Shown here piece after piece: positions 16,393-24,262 of a stretch of 24,606 nucleotides of DNA. Location: IMG/VR virus record IMGVR_UViG_3300031965_000128, positions 1 through 24,606 of that record; one strand, written 5' to 3'. Each line of letters opens with the position of its first letter. Positions within the stretch are counted from its first letter, which is position 1. This DNA is from a virus. Lineage: Duplodnaviria; Caudoviricetes. The notes under the pieces were generated by a model, which had not been told where the DNA came from, did no database searches, and saw only the letters and a program-made list of their open reading frames with translations. The translations under genes and the position numbers were made by a program.

Positions 16393-17178
16393 ATGGCAGT
16401 GATAAATTTCGACGCAACAAAAGTAGCTCCGGACGAAGGTCGTGGCGATCCAATCCCGGCCGCATGGTATAACCTTGCACCGACAGAACTGAATCTGCAA
16501 CCGACCAAAGACGGTCAAGGGACAAAGATTAGCGCAGTCTTCCAAGTCCTGGATGGTATTTACAAAGGCCGCAAGGTTTACCACAATTTCAACATGAAGA
16601 ACCAGAGCGAAAAAGCTCAGGACATCGGTAACAAACAATTCAGCGCTCTGTGCCATGCTTGCCGCACGTTGCAAGTGGAACGGACCGAACAACTCTTGAA
16701 TATTCCGTTTAAAGGTCGGGTGAAAGTCGAAGCTGCAACAATGGGTCCGGATGGTATAACTGTTCAGTATGAAGCAAAGAATGTCATCACAGCTTTCAAA
16801 GACGTCAATGACGCCGCTGCTGGTACTCCTTCCGGTGCAACAGCGGCTCCGGTTGCTCGTCCTGCTGCCCCTCTGCCCGCTGCTGTTGTCTTCCCTGCTA
16901 CGCAAGGTTGGGCCCCTGCTACGCAAGGTCAGAATGCACCTCCAGTTCAGACGGCTGCTGTCCAGCCTCAAGCCGCTCCGCAATGGAACCCTCCGGCAGG
17001 TCAACAGCCGTGGCAACCGGCGCAAGACCCAAACGTCCAACCTACTGCCCCGTCTGCGGTGACATCGGGGGCGCCTGTGGGCCAGGTTCAGACTGTGCAA
17101 ATTGAAGCTGCTCCAGTTCAAGGTGCTGGAACGGCAGGGCAAGTAGTTCCGCCCTGGATGCAGCAACCGACAGCCTAA
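16393..17178 (+). CDS. DUF669-family ssDNA-binding-like protein with a P/A/Q-rich tail
   Basis: NFDATKV...PIPAAWY...YKGRKV..NFNM; tail ends VPPWMQQPTA; GAGG RBS before ATG 16393. Confidence 0.85.
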   Translation: MAVINFDATKVAPDEGRGDPIPAAWYNLAPTELNLQPTKDGQGTKISAVFQVLDGIYKGRKVYHNFNMKNQSEKAQDIGNKQFSALCHACRTLQVERTEQLLNIPFKGRVKVEAATMGPDGITVQYEAKNVITAFKDVNDAAAGTPSGATAAPVARPAAPLPAAVVFPATQGWAPATQGQNAPPVQTAAVQPQAAPQWNPPAGQQPWQPAQDPNVQPTAPSAVTSGAPVGQVQTVQIEAAPVQGAGTAGQVVPPWMQQPTA

Positions 17179-17195
17179 CTCTTTTTTTTTGTCTT

Positions 17196-17220
17196 ACCGG
17201 ACCTTCGGGTCCGGTTATTT
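17196..17220 (+). terminator. Stable UUCG hairpin, probable terminator or processing site
   Basis: ACCGGACC-TTCG-GGTCCGGT then TATTT. Confidence 0.65.
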
Positions 17221-17350
17221 AAATGACCGCTTTGCAGAAGTAAAGGTCGGACAGACATTTGGTTTCCGGGAAAAAGACCGGGCGAATAACCGGGTTACAA
17301 CATCCGACAATTTGAGCAAGTTACTGGTTCACCAGTGCGGTCACTTAAAT
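17217..17350 (+). ncRNA. Unclassified cloverleaf-like structured element
   Basis: ATTTAA-A-TGACCGC / GCGGTCA-C-TTAAAT closing stem enclosing four arms. Confidence 0.55.
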
Positions 17351-17360
17351 AAGGACGACC

Positions 17361-17555
17361 ATGAAACAGATTAAAGCTGGAGAATATCTAAAGACCAGAT
17401 GTAGCTTCTGTCCATTGAAAGCTACATGGAGAAGCTCAAAAGCATCAATGTATTCTTGCGATGGACATAGAGCAAAACTAAAAGAAGAAGAGCATAAAAG
17501 AAACGACGACGGTTACATGACCGAAGCAGATTACCAAACTTGGGCTAGACTCTAA
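17361..17555 (+). CDS. Small zinc-binding-like protein
   Basis: CSFC...CDGH; C-terminal MTEADYQTW; TAATG coupling. Confidence 0.7.
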   Translation: MKQIKAGEYLKTRCSFCPLKATWRSSKASMYSCDGHRAKLKEEEHKRNDDGYMTEADYQTWARL

Positions 17556-18520
17556 TGCCGATCCAATTAGCTGTAAATACAATGACTGCGATCGAAAACT
17601 GCATCGCAGGAGATCAAGGGGCTTCTTTTCGGCTGAACCTTGGCAAAGTTATCCCACACATAACTGATGCTTATCGGGGTGCAGACGAGGGATTCCGTTC
17701 GCACCTTGGAGCATCGCTGATCGGCAAGGAGTGCGCACGACAAATCTGGTATGGTTGGAGGTGGGCCCGTAAGTCTAAATTTTCCGGTCGCATGTTGCGG
17801 CTCTTTAACAGGGGGCATCTTGAAGAAGCGCGTTTCATTGCGATGTTGTTATCGATTGGTTGCCAGGTCTACCAACAAGACGCGAACGGAAATCAGTATC
17901 GCATTAGTGATCTTGGCGGCCACCTTGGCGGTTCTGGTGATGGGGTGGTCATTGGTGTCCCTGACATTCCTGCTGGTCAACCATGCTTAGCAGAATTTAA
18001 AACGCATGGTGAAAAATCTTTTGTAAAGTTGCAGAAAGATGGTGTACGTCTAGCTAAACCTGAACATTACGTCCAGATGCAGCTTTACATGCGCAAGATG
18101 GGCTTGATGTACGCTTTATATGGGGCTGTCAATAAGAACACTGACGAAATCCATATGGAGATTATTCTGCTGGATGCCCACACAGCGGACCAGTTTTTAG
18201 ACCGTGGCAGGCAAATCGTCATGATGCAGGTTGCTCCGGCCAAGTTAAATAATGCTTCCCCAGGCTTGTTTGCATGCCGTTTCTGTGATGAAAAAGACAT
18301 TTGCCACATGAACGCGCCAATGGAGCGGAATTGTCGCACTTGCTTCTTCGGAAAACCGCGTGAAGATGGGACATGGTGGTGCGAGTCCAAAGATCGCCAG
18401 GTTGCACTCTTATTCCAAAAGCCTGGAGCTCTAGACGAATATGCGGACGAACACGGCACATTTCAACTGACCAAAGAGCGCCAACTTAAAGGCTGTGCAA
18501 CCTTTTACAGCCCGATTTAA
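17555..18520 (+). CDS. Cas4-like PD-(D/E)XK exonuclease
   Basis: HLGASLIGKEC, GHLEE, GSGDG, EFKT, QMQLYM, C-terminal CRFC..C cluster. Confidence 0.9.
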   Translation: MPIQLAVNTMTAIENCIAGDQGASFRLNLGKVIPHITDAYRGADEGFRSHLGASLIGKECARQIWYGWRWARKSKFSGRMLRLFNRGHLEEARFIAMLLSIGCQVYQQDANGNQYRISDLGGHLGGSGDGVVIGVPDIPAGQPCLAEFKTHGEKSFVKLQKDGVRLAKPEHYVQMQLYMRKMGLMYALYGAVNKNTDEIHMEIILLDAHTADQFLDRGRQIVMMQVAPAKLNNASPGLFACRFCDEKDICHMNAPMERNCRTCFFGKPREDGTWWCESKDRQVALLFQKPGALDEYADEHGTFQLTKERQLKGCATFYSPI

Positions 18521-18526
18521 ATAATT

Positions 18527-19168
18527 GTGGCACATCAAAGAATACCTCCGTCTGAACAGTTTGCCAAATTGCCAGCTTCAAGGGCTGGCGCGAGGGCATT
18601 GAACGTTCAGTATTACTATACAGGCCTTCCTTGTAGCAATGGTCATACGGGGCTTCGTTATACCTCTAGCGGCAATTGTATGGAATGCAACGCGATCGGG
18701 CGTGAAAAAAGATTAGGGCATGTTCGTTCAGATAGGAGCGATATAAATCTCCAAAGGCCTATCGAGTCTATTGAATCTGGAAACACAACTTATGTCCCTG
18801 AGAAAGCTTGTAAACGCGGTCACTATTTAAGGTTCTCAGGTTCGAACAATTGTGTCGAATGTAACCGACTAGCAATGGAGAAACGTAAAGCCAGCGGCTA
18901 CAGCAAAGACAGATATTTTAAAACAACTTACAATCTTTCAAAAGAAGAATATGGGCAATTGGTTTACGATGCTTACTCATGTTGTGAATTGTGCAAGCGT
19001 ATGGATTTAGCCCTTCATGTAGACCATTGTCATGCAACAGGTAAAATTAGAGGCATTCTGTGCAGCAGTTGCAATCAAGCACTTGGTCTAGCCAAAGACG
19101 ACCCTGAGCTTCTACGTAAGATGGCAAATTATTTAGAGGAGCGTGTAGATGGCATTCCAGCTCCGTGA
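18527..19168 (+). CDS. Endonuclease VII-type (HNH-fold) putative homing endonuclease
   Basis: CELC...LHVDHCHATGKIRGILCSSCNQALG; two N-terminal CxxGH...NCxEC modules. Confidence 0.88.
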   Translation: MAHQRIPPSEQFAKLPASRAGARALNVQYYYTGLPCSNGHTGLRYTSSGNCMECNAIGREKRLGHVRSDRSDINLQRPIESIESGNTTYVPEKACKRGHYLRFSGSNNCVECNRLAMEKRKASGYSKDRYFKTTYNLSKEEYGQLVYDAYSCCELCKRMDLALHVDHCHATGKIRGILCSSCNQALGLAKDDPELLRKMANYLEERVDGIPAP

Positions 19169-20807
19169 CTATCAGACGCAAGCTGTTGCAAGCCTTTGGG
19201 AATACTTTAAAACACATCAGGAGGGTAATCCAGTTATTGCTATCCCGACAGGTGGCGGAAAAAGTTTAATTATTGCGGAATTTTTAAAAAGCGCTTTTCA
19301 AGCTTATGCTCGGCAAAAAGTCCTAATTGTCTCCCATGTCAAGGAATTGGTTTCGCAAGACTATTTGGAACTGCTTGAGCAATGGCCAACGGCCCCAGCT
19401 GGCGTGTACAGTGCAGGCCTTAATCGAAAAGATACAATTCAAAATATAATCTTCTGTGGAATTGCCTCGATAAATAAGAACATTGCTGCTTTCGGTCGAG
19501 TCGACCTAATGTTAATTGACGAGTGTCACTTGCTTAGTCAAAACGATGAGTCGATGTACTTAAAGGTCATTGCGGTCTTAAAAGCTGCAAATCCTTATTT
19601 GAAGGTTGTCGGGTTCACAGCCACACCTTGGCGTCAAGGTCAGGGTAAAATAACAGACGATGGTATTTTCACCGACATCTGTTATGATGCGACAACTATG
19701 CAGGCCTTCAACTGGTTCATTAAACAAGGGCACCTTGCACCTTTAGTTCCAAAGCGGACAGAAACAATCTTAGATGTTAGTGGTGTACATCTACGGGGCG
19801 GCGAGTTTGTTGAGAAGGAATTGCAGCTTGCTGTTGACAAAGACGAGATCACTTATGCTGCTTTACAAGAGACGATAGCTCAAGCACACGATCGCAATCA
19901 TTGGTTGGTGTTCGGTTCAGGTATCAAGCACGTAGAGAAAATTACAGATATGCTCAATTATTTGGGCATATCAACACGTTGCGTTCATAGTAAGATGTCG
20001 GACACTGAACGAGACACCAACGTCCGTGAGTGGAAAGAAGGTAAGTTCAAAGCGATTGTAAATAACGGCATCTTGACAACAGGGGTTAATTTCCGTGCAA
20101 TTGATCTGATTGTAATGTTGCGGCCAACGCATTCAACTGTACTATGGGTGCAGATGCTCGGTCGCGGGACACGGCCTTCGTTGGAAACAGGCAAAATAAA
20201 CTGCCTCGTCTTGGACTTTGCTGGTAACACCAAGCGTCTTGGACCCATCAACGATCCGGTATTACCCCGTAAGCGCGGCGAAAAGACCGGGGAAGTACCT
20301 ATCAAAATATGTGACGCTTGCGGTACATACAATCATATCAGTGCTCGCTATTGCGGCGGTGAGCCTTTTAAGACAAATGAGGGTTGCGGGTCCGCGTTTC
20401 AGTTCAAGGTTTTGATCAAGCAAGCAGCAAGCAGCCAAGAACTCATTAAAAATGACGAACCCATTGTCAGCACTTTCGAAGTCAAACAAATAACGTTCAA
20501 CTTGCATCAGAAAGTCGGGAAACCGGACAGTGTCAAGGTTACTTATTGGTGCAGCTTAAAGAAATTTAATGAGTTTGTCTTGTTTGAACACAAAGGTTTC
20601 GGTGAACGAAAAGCTCGATCTTGGTGGGCAGAACGATCTACAGACCCGTTCCCTGCTAGTACGGACGCAGCATTAAAACTAGTTGATACTTTATTGGTGC
20701 CCACACACATCAGGGTCTGGGTGAATAAGCCTTACCCTGAAATCCTGGCTGTAACTTTTACCGGCTCCTGGGAGCAGAAAATCGTTGGGCAAGAAGTTCC
20801 TTTTTAA
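19149..20807 (+). CDS. Superfamily 2 DEAD/DEAH-box helicase (RadD/YejH-like)
   Basis: LRDYQ, PTGGGKS, DECH, TATP, QMLGRGTR, zinc finger CDAC. Confidence 0.95.
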   Translation: MAFQLRDYQTQAVASLWEYFKTHQEGNPVIAIPTGGGKSLIIAEFLKSAFQAYARQKVLIVSHVKELVSQDYLELLEQWPTAPAGVYSAGLNRKDTIQNIIFCGIASINKNIAAFGRVDLMLIDECHLLSQNDESMYLKVIAVLKAANPYLKVVGFTATPWRQGQGKITDDGIFTDICYDATTMQAFNWFIKQGHLAPLVPKRTETILDVSGVHLRGGEFVEKELQLAVDKDEITYAALQETIAQAHDRNHWLVFGSGIKHVEKITDMLNYLGISTRCVHSKMSDTERDTNVREWKEGKFKAIVNNGILTTGVNFRAIDLIVMLRPTHSTVLWVQMLGRGTRPSLETGKINCLVLDFAGNTKRLGPINDPVLPRKRGEKTGEVPIKICDACGTYNHISARYCGGEPFKTNEGCGSAFQFKVLIKQAASSQELIKNDEPIVSTFEVKQITFNLHQKVGKPDSVKVTYWCSLKKFNEFVLFEHKGFGERKARSWWAERSTDPFPASTDAALKLVDTLLVPTHIRVWVNKPYPEILAVTFTGSWEQKIVGQEVPF

Positions 20808-20814
20808 AATTTAC

Positions 20815-20841
20815 TTGCACAATCGCAATGCGGTGTATAAT
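20815..20841 (+). promoter_or_regulatory. Possible sigma70-like promoter
   Basis: TTGCAC N15 TATAAT; perfect -10 but a short spacer. Confidence 0.45.
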
Positions 20842-20874
20842 GGTTGCACTAAATAAATTTAACAGGAGACATGG

Positions 20875-21048
20875 ATGGACCATGACTTGTACACAGATGC
20901 AGATAAGCATCGTCCAGAGCAAATTTGCGATAGGAACGGACAAGTAGTGTTGAGTCTTTGTAAACGTTGCGGAGCAGCGGAATATGAATTACCTATCACA
21001 GAATGCTTAACAAGAAAGGTCGATGAGAATGTTCATACTTATCGATAA
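20875..21048 (+). CDS. 57-aa protein (ICDRNGQVVLSLCKRCG motif; absent from the ORF track)
   Basis: AGGAG RBS at 20864; translated by hand MDHDLYTDADKHRPEQ...HTYR*. Confidence 0.7.
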   Translation: MDHDLYTDADKHRPEQICDRNGQVVLSLCKRCGAAEYELPITECLTRKVDENVHTYR

Positions 21049-21739
21049 AGAACAAATGTGCGTCCGCTATAAGCATCATACGCAAGCATGTCTCACAAAT
21101 CTAATGCACATTGAGCTATCGCATGTTGCGGCCAGTGTCATTGCATGTGACTGGCCTGGAGCTTTTGCAGGATTCACCGACATGGAGCTGAAGCTCCTGT
21201 ACCAGAACTTGTGTGGTCAAAAATACGCAAGTTATAGCCGTGAACTATTGGTGCAGAATGTTCAAGCTTTCTGCATGTCGATTGAAGAATCAAAACTTAA
21301 CGCGCTTGAACTCTCCTTGCAAGCCGGTTACCTATCCGAAGGCAACGATAATTTTTACAAACATAGGCCCGGACACAATCAACCGCAAGCGTTAAGTGAA
21401 GTTTACACCCCTGCCGCGCTTACAGCGGTCCCGGGCTGCGTACCTATAGTAACCCCCACCCCTACAGTTAACGCAGCGCCTGCAAGCTATACGCAAACGG
21501 CAAACGCACCCATAGCGCGCACCCGCCCCGTTAGCGACGGTCCTCCGGAGCAACCTAAAGCTGGCAGCAAGACTGGACGAGTATGGGAGATTGCTGAGAT
21601 GATTTGGCAAAAATCTGGTTGCGCTTCCAACATCAAAGCTATGCGTAAGGAGATTATTGAAGCTTGCGAAGGTGAAGGTATCAATAGTAGTACAGCTTCG
21701 GTCCAATTTGGGAAATGGAAATCGACGAAAGGCGCGTGA
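21023..21739 (+). CDS. Hypothetical protein with a putative C-terminal DNA-binding domain
   Basis: C-terminal domain resembles that of the next gene; central P/A/T linker. Confidence 0.8.
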   Translation: MRMFILIDKEQMCVRYKHHTQACLTNLMHIELSHVAASVIACDWPGAFAGFTDMELKLLYQNLCGQKYASYSRELLVQNVQAFCMSIEESKLNALELSLQAGYLSEGNDNFYKHRPGHNQPQALSEVYTPAALTAVPGCVPIVTPTPTVNAAPASYTQTANAPIARTRPVSDGPPEQPKAGSKTGRVWEIAEMIWQKSGCASNIKAMRKEIIEACEGEGINSSTASVQFGKWKSTKGA

Positions 21740-21788
21740 GTACCCACGAACAGATACGAAAATATTTGTAAGTATCTGAAAAAATCAC

Positions 21789-21817
21789 TTGCAAAGCATT
21801 AATAGATTTGTTATGCT
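21789..21817 (+). promoter_or_regulatory. Sigma70-like promoter with extended -10
   Basis: TTGCAA N17 TATGCT, with TGT directly before the -10. Confidence 0.55.
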
Positions 21818-21881
21818 TGTCACTCTGATGCGCGTAGTACAATTAAACCGTAGTTCCCGTTCAACCCGAAGGAGTCAACAA

Positions 21882-22439
21882 ATGTCCGAAACCAAAACAC
21901 AAGAACAAATCGCTGCTGAACCTACTGCTGCAAAGACTGCGGCGGCTGCTGCCAAAGCTGAAGCAAAGGCAAAAGCTGATGCTGCAAAAGCTGAAGCAAA
22001 AGCGATCGCTGACAAAGCCAAAGCGGAGGCAAAAGAAAAAGCTGAAGCTGCAAAAGCTGAAGCAAAGAAAGCTAAAGAAGAAGCTGCTGCAAAAGTGAAA
22101 GCTGAAAAAGAAGCAAAAGCAAAACTCGATGCGGAAGCTAAAGCTGCCGCTGCTGCAACCAAAGTCAAAGTCCAGCAACCGCAGAATAACGGTGTTACCC
22201 GACCGCGTCCCGATGGTGCTTGCGGCAAGGTCTGGGCAATTGCTGATACAATCTCTGCTCGCATTGGTCAGCCGGTCCCGATCTCCATGTTGCAAAAGGA
22301 AACTTCTGCTGCCGGCCTGAACGACGCCACCTGCCGCACGCAGTACGCTCGTTGGAAAACCTTCAACGGCGTGTTCGGCGCTGTTGCCAAGCCGGCAGAA
22401 GCTGTCGCTGCTGCACCGGCAGAAGGTCAAGCAGCTTAA
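21882..22439 (+). CDS. Ala/Lys/Glu-rich protein with a putative C-terminal DNA-binding domain
   Basis: AAGGAG RBS before ATG 21882; KAEAK repeats; NGVTRPR...GKVWAIAD...TQYARWK. Confidence 0.85.
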   Translation: MSETKTQEQIAAEPTAAKTAAAAAKAEAKAKADAAKAEAKAIADKAKAEAKEKAEAAKAEAKKAKEEAAAKVKAEKEAKAKLDAEAKAAAAATKVKVQQPQNNGVTRPRPDGACGKVWAIADTISARIGQPVPISMLQKETSAAGLNDATCRTQYARWKTFNGVFGAVAKPAEAVAAAPAEGQAA

Positions 22440-22476
22440 TCAATCCTGGTAGTACGTTCCGCAGTAAGACCCGTAC

Positions 22477-22508
22477 ACTAGACCCGCAATTGTGCGGGTC
22501 TAGTTCTT
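22477..22508 (+). terminator. Intrinsic terminator-like hairpin upstream of queE
   Basis: ACTAGACCCGCA-ATTG-TGCGGGTCTAGT then TCTT. Confidence 0.65.
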
Positions 22509-22520
22509 CTGAGGTTATCA

Positions 22521-23237
22521 ATGATTCCAATTAATACCCAACCAATTGAGAAACGTCAAGTTTCTAACGGTTCCATCCTCGACGTACATTCAGTCTTTTA
22601 CACAATTCAAGGGGAAGGTCCCTTCACCGGGCATCCTGCAGTCTTCGTCCGCCTTGCTGGTTGCAACCTTCGATGCCCCTCCTGCGACACCGATTACACA
22701 AGCGTCCGTGACCAATTGACAATCAAGGAAGTCTTGGTTGCTGTCAATATGCATTATACTGGCACGGGTCCAAATAAGCTTGTCGTCATTACCGGAGGTG
22801 AACCTTTCCGGCAAGACCTCGGTTTTCTAATCCAAGACCTCAACGGACAAGACTTCCACGTCCAAATCGAAACGAACGGGACGTTACCGGCGCCACTGCA
22901 TATCGATGACTACGATTGCACAATTGTCTGTAGCCCAAAAGCTGGCAAGATCCATCCGGAAATTGGCTACTATGCAGACGCTTTCAAATATGTGCTGAGC
23001 GCAGACAGTGTCGACCTGGAAGACGGTCTCCCGACTCTCGCTCTTAACCACACAGCATCGCCCCGCGTTGCTCGTCCGCCTGAAGAGTTTGACGGTCCAA
23101 TTTATTTGCAACCGATGGATCCGGGGCCTACCGAAACTGTCCAATACAGCAGGAACGTTCAAGCTTGCATCGAGTCTTGCATGAAGCACGGCTACATCCT
23201 TCAACTTCAGACGCATAAAATTATAGGGGTTGACTAA
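22521..23237 (+). CDS. queE: 7-carboxy-7-deazaguanine synthase (radical SAM)
   Basis: FYTIQGEG, FVRLAGCNLRCPSCDT, VVITGGEP, IETNGT, SPK, QTHK. Confidence 0.95.
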   Translation: MIPINTQPIEKRQVSNGSILDVHSVFYTIQGEGPFTGHPAVFVRLAGCNLRCPSCDTDYTSVRDQLTIKEVLVAVNMHYTGTGPNKLVVITGGEPFRQDLGFLIQDLNGQDFHVQIETNGTLPAPLHIDDYDCTIVCSPKAGKIHPEIGYYADAFKYVLSADSVDLEDGLPTLALNHTASPRVARPPEEFDGPIYLQPMDPGPTETVQYSRNVQACIESCMKHGYILQLQTHKIIGVD

Positions 23238-23437
23238 TGGACCTCGGAGGGTGGGAGTTATCTGAGAAGGACGACCGGGGTGACATTCATTGCGTACCGA
23301 TAAACGACACCAAAGAGCACATAGCTGAACACTGTGAATGTTGTCCGGTGCGTGACCCTGAACTGCCCATGCTTTGGGTGCACAATAGCTTCGACGGAAG
23401 AGAAGCCTTTGAAGAAGGTCGACGTAAGTTATCTTAA
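23237..23437 (+). CDS. Small His/Cys-rich protein inside the que cluster
   Basis: HCVPIND..EH...CECCP...VHNSFDGRE; TAATG coupling. Confidence 0.75.
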   Translation: MDLGGWELSEKDDRGDIHCVPINDTKEHIAEHCECCPVRDPELPMLWVHNSFDGREAFEEGRRKLS

Positions 23438-23446
23438 GGAGTTAAA

Positions 23447-24262
23447 ATGACTAATAAACAAAAAGCGCTCGTTGTCCTATCAGGTGGGCAAGACAGCACA
23501 ACTTGTCTCGCTTGGGCGATCGCTCAAGGATACGACGTCCATACGGTAACGTTCGATTACGGTCAGAAGCACGCTGTCGAGATTGAGTCCGCTTTCATTG
23601 TGGGCAAAATGCTTGGTCTGACGCCTAGCCACATGGAGTTGGCCATCCTAGGCGAAGGTGTGCTCAAAGGTACATCGCCACTGGTCAACCGGAACGAAAC
23701 TCTGGAACAGTATGCAGACCCTCAATCTTTACCAGGCGGATTGGAGAAAACGTTTGTCCCGATGCGCAATCAATTGTTTCTCACTCTTGCTGCGAATCGT
23801 GCTTACGTGGTCGGTGCAAGCATTTTAATTACAGGTGTTTGTCAAGAAGACTTTGGCGGTTATCCAGATTGTCGTCGGGTGTTCATTGACGCTTTGCAAG
23901 ATGCGTGCAACTATGGCACTTTTACAGGTGAAGCTGGAACACTCACACCCTTGAAGATCCTTACGCCTCTCATGAATCTAACCAAATCAGAATCGGTCAA
24001 GCTTGCAATGACTCTGCCAGGTTGCATGGAAGCGCTAGCTTATAGCCACACATCTTATGACGGACAGTATCCTCCTATCGGGAAAGACCATGCGACCTTG
24101 CTCCGGGCGAAAGGTTTCGAAGAAGCTGGTGTGCCGGATCCTCTAGTCATGCGTGCAGTTAAAGACGGTCTAATGTTCCTTCCTGATACCCACAATTATG
24201 ACAGGTTTCGCTGGCCGTTCCACTTGATACAACAATCCGGCACACCGGGCCAGGAATATTAA
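23447..24262 (+). CDS. queC: 7-cyano-7-deazaguanine (preQ0) synthase
   Basis: LSGGQDS, FDYGQKH..E, TFVPMRN, GYPDCR, TPL. Confidence 0.95.
   Translation: MTNKQKALVVLSGGQDSTTCLAWAIAQGYDVHTVTFDYGQKHAVEIESAFIVGKMLGLTPSHMELAILGEGVLKGTSPLVNRNETLEQYADPQSLPGGLEKTFVPMRNQLFLTLAANRAYVVGASILITGVCQEDFGGYPDCRRVFIDALQDACNYGTFTGEAGTLTPLKILTPLMNLTKSESVKLAMTLPGCMEALAYSHTSYDGQYPPIGKDHATLLRAKGFEEAGVPDPLVMRAVKDGLMFLPDTHNYDRFRWPFHLIQQSGTPGQEY

Noticed and set aside
16893-16929. 16-bp direct repeat CCCTGCTACGCAAGGT
   Set aside because: Simple local duplication (PATQG twice) in a disordered tail.
16372-17166. 264-aa minus-strand ORF, and similar ones at 21861-22430
   Set aside because: Shadow frames of low-complexity, codon-biased plus-strand genes.
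21940-22160. GCTGAAGCAAAA-type repeats
   Set aside because: Explained by Ala/Lys/Glu protein repeats.
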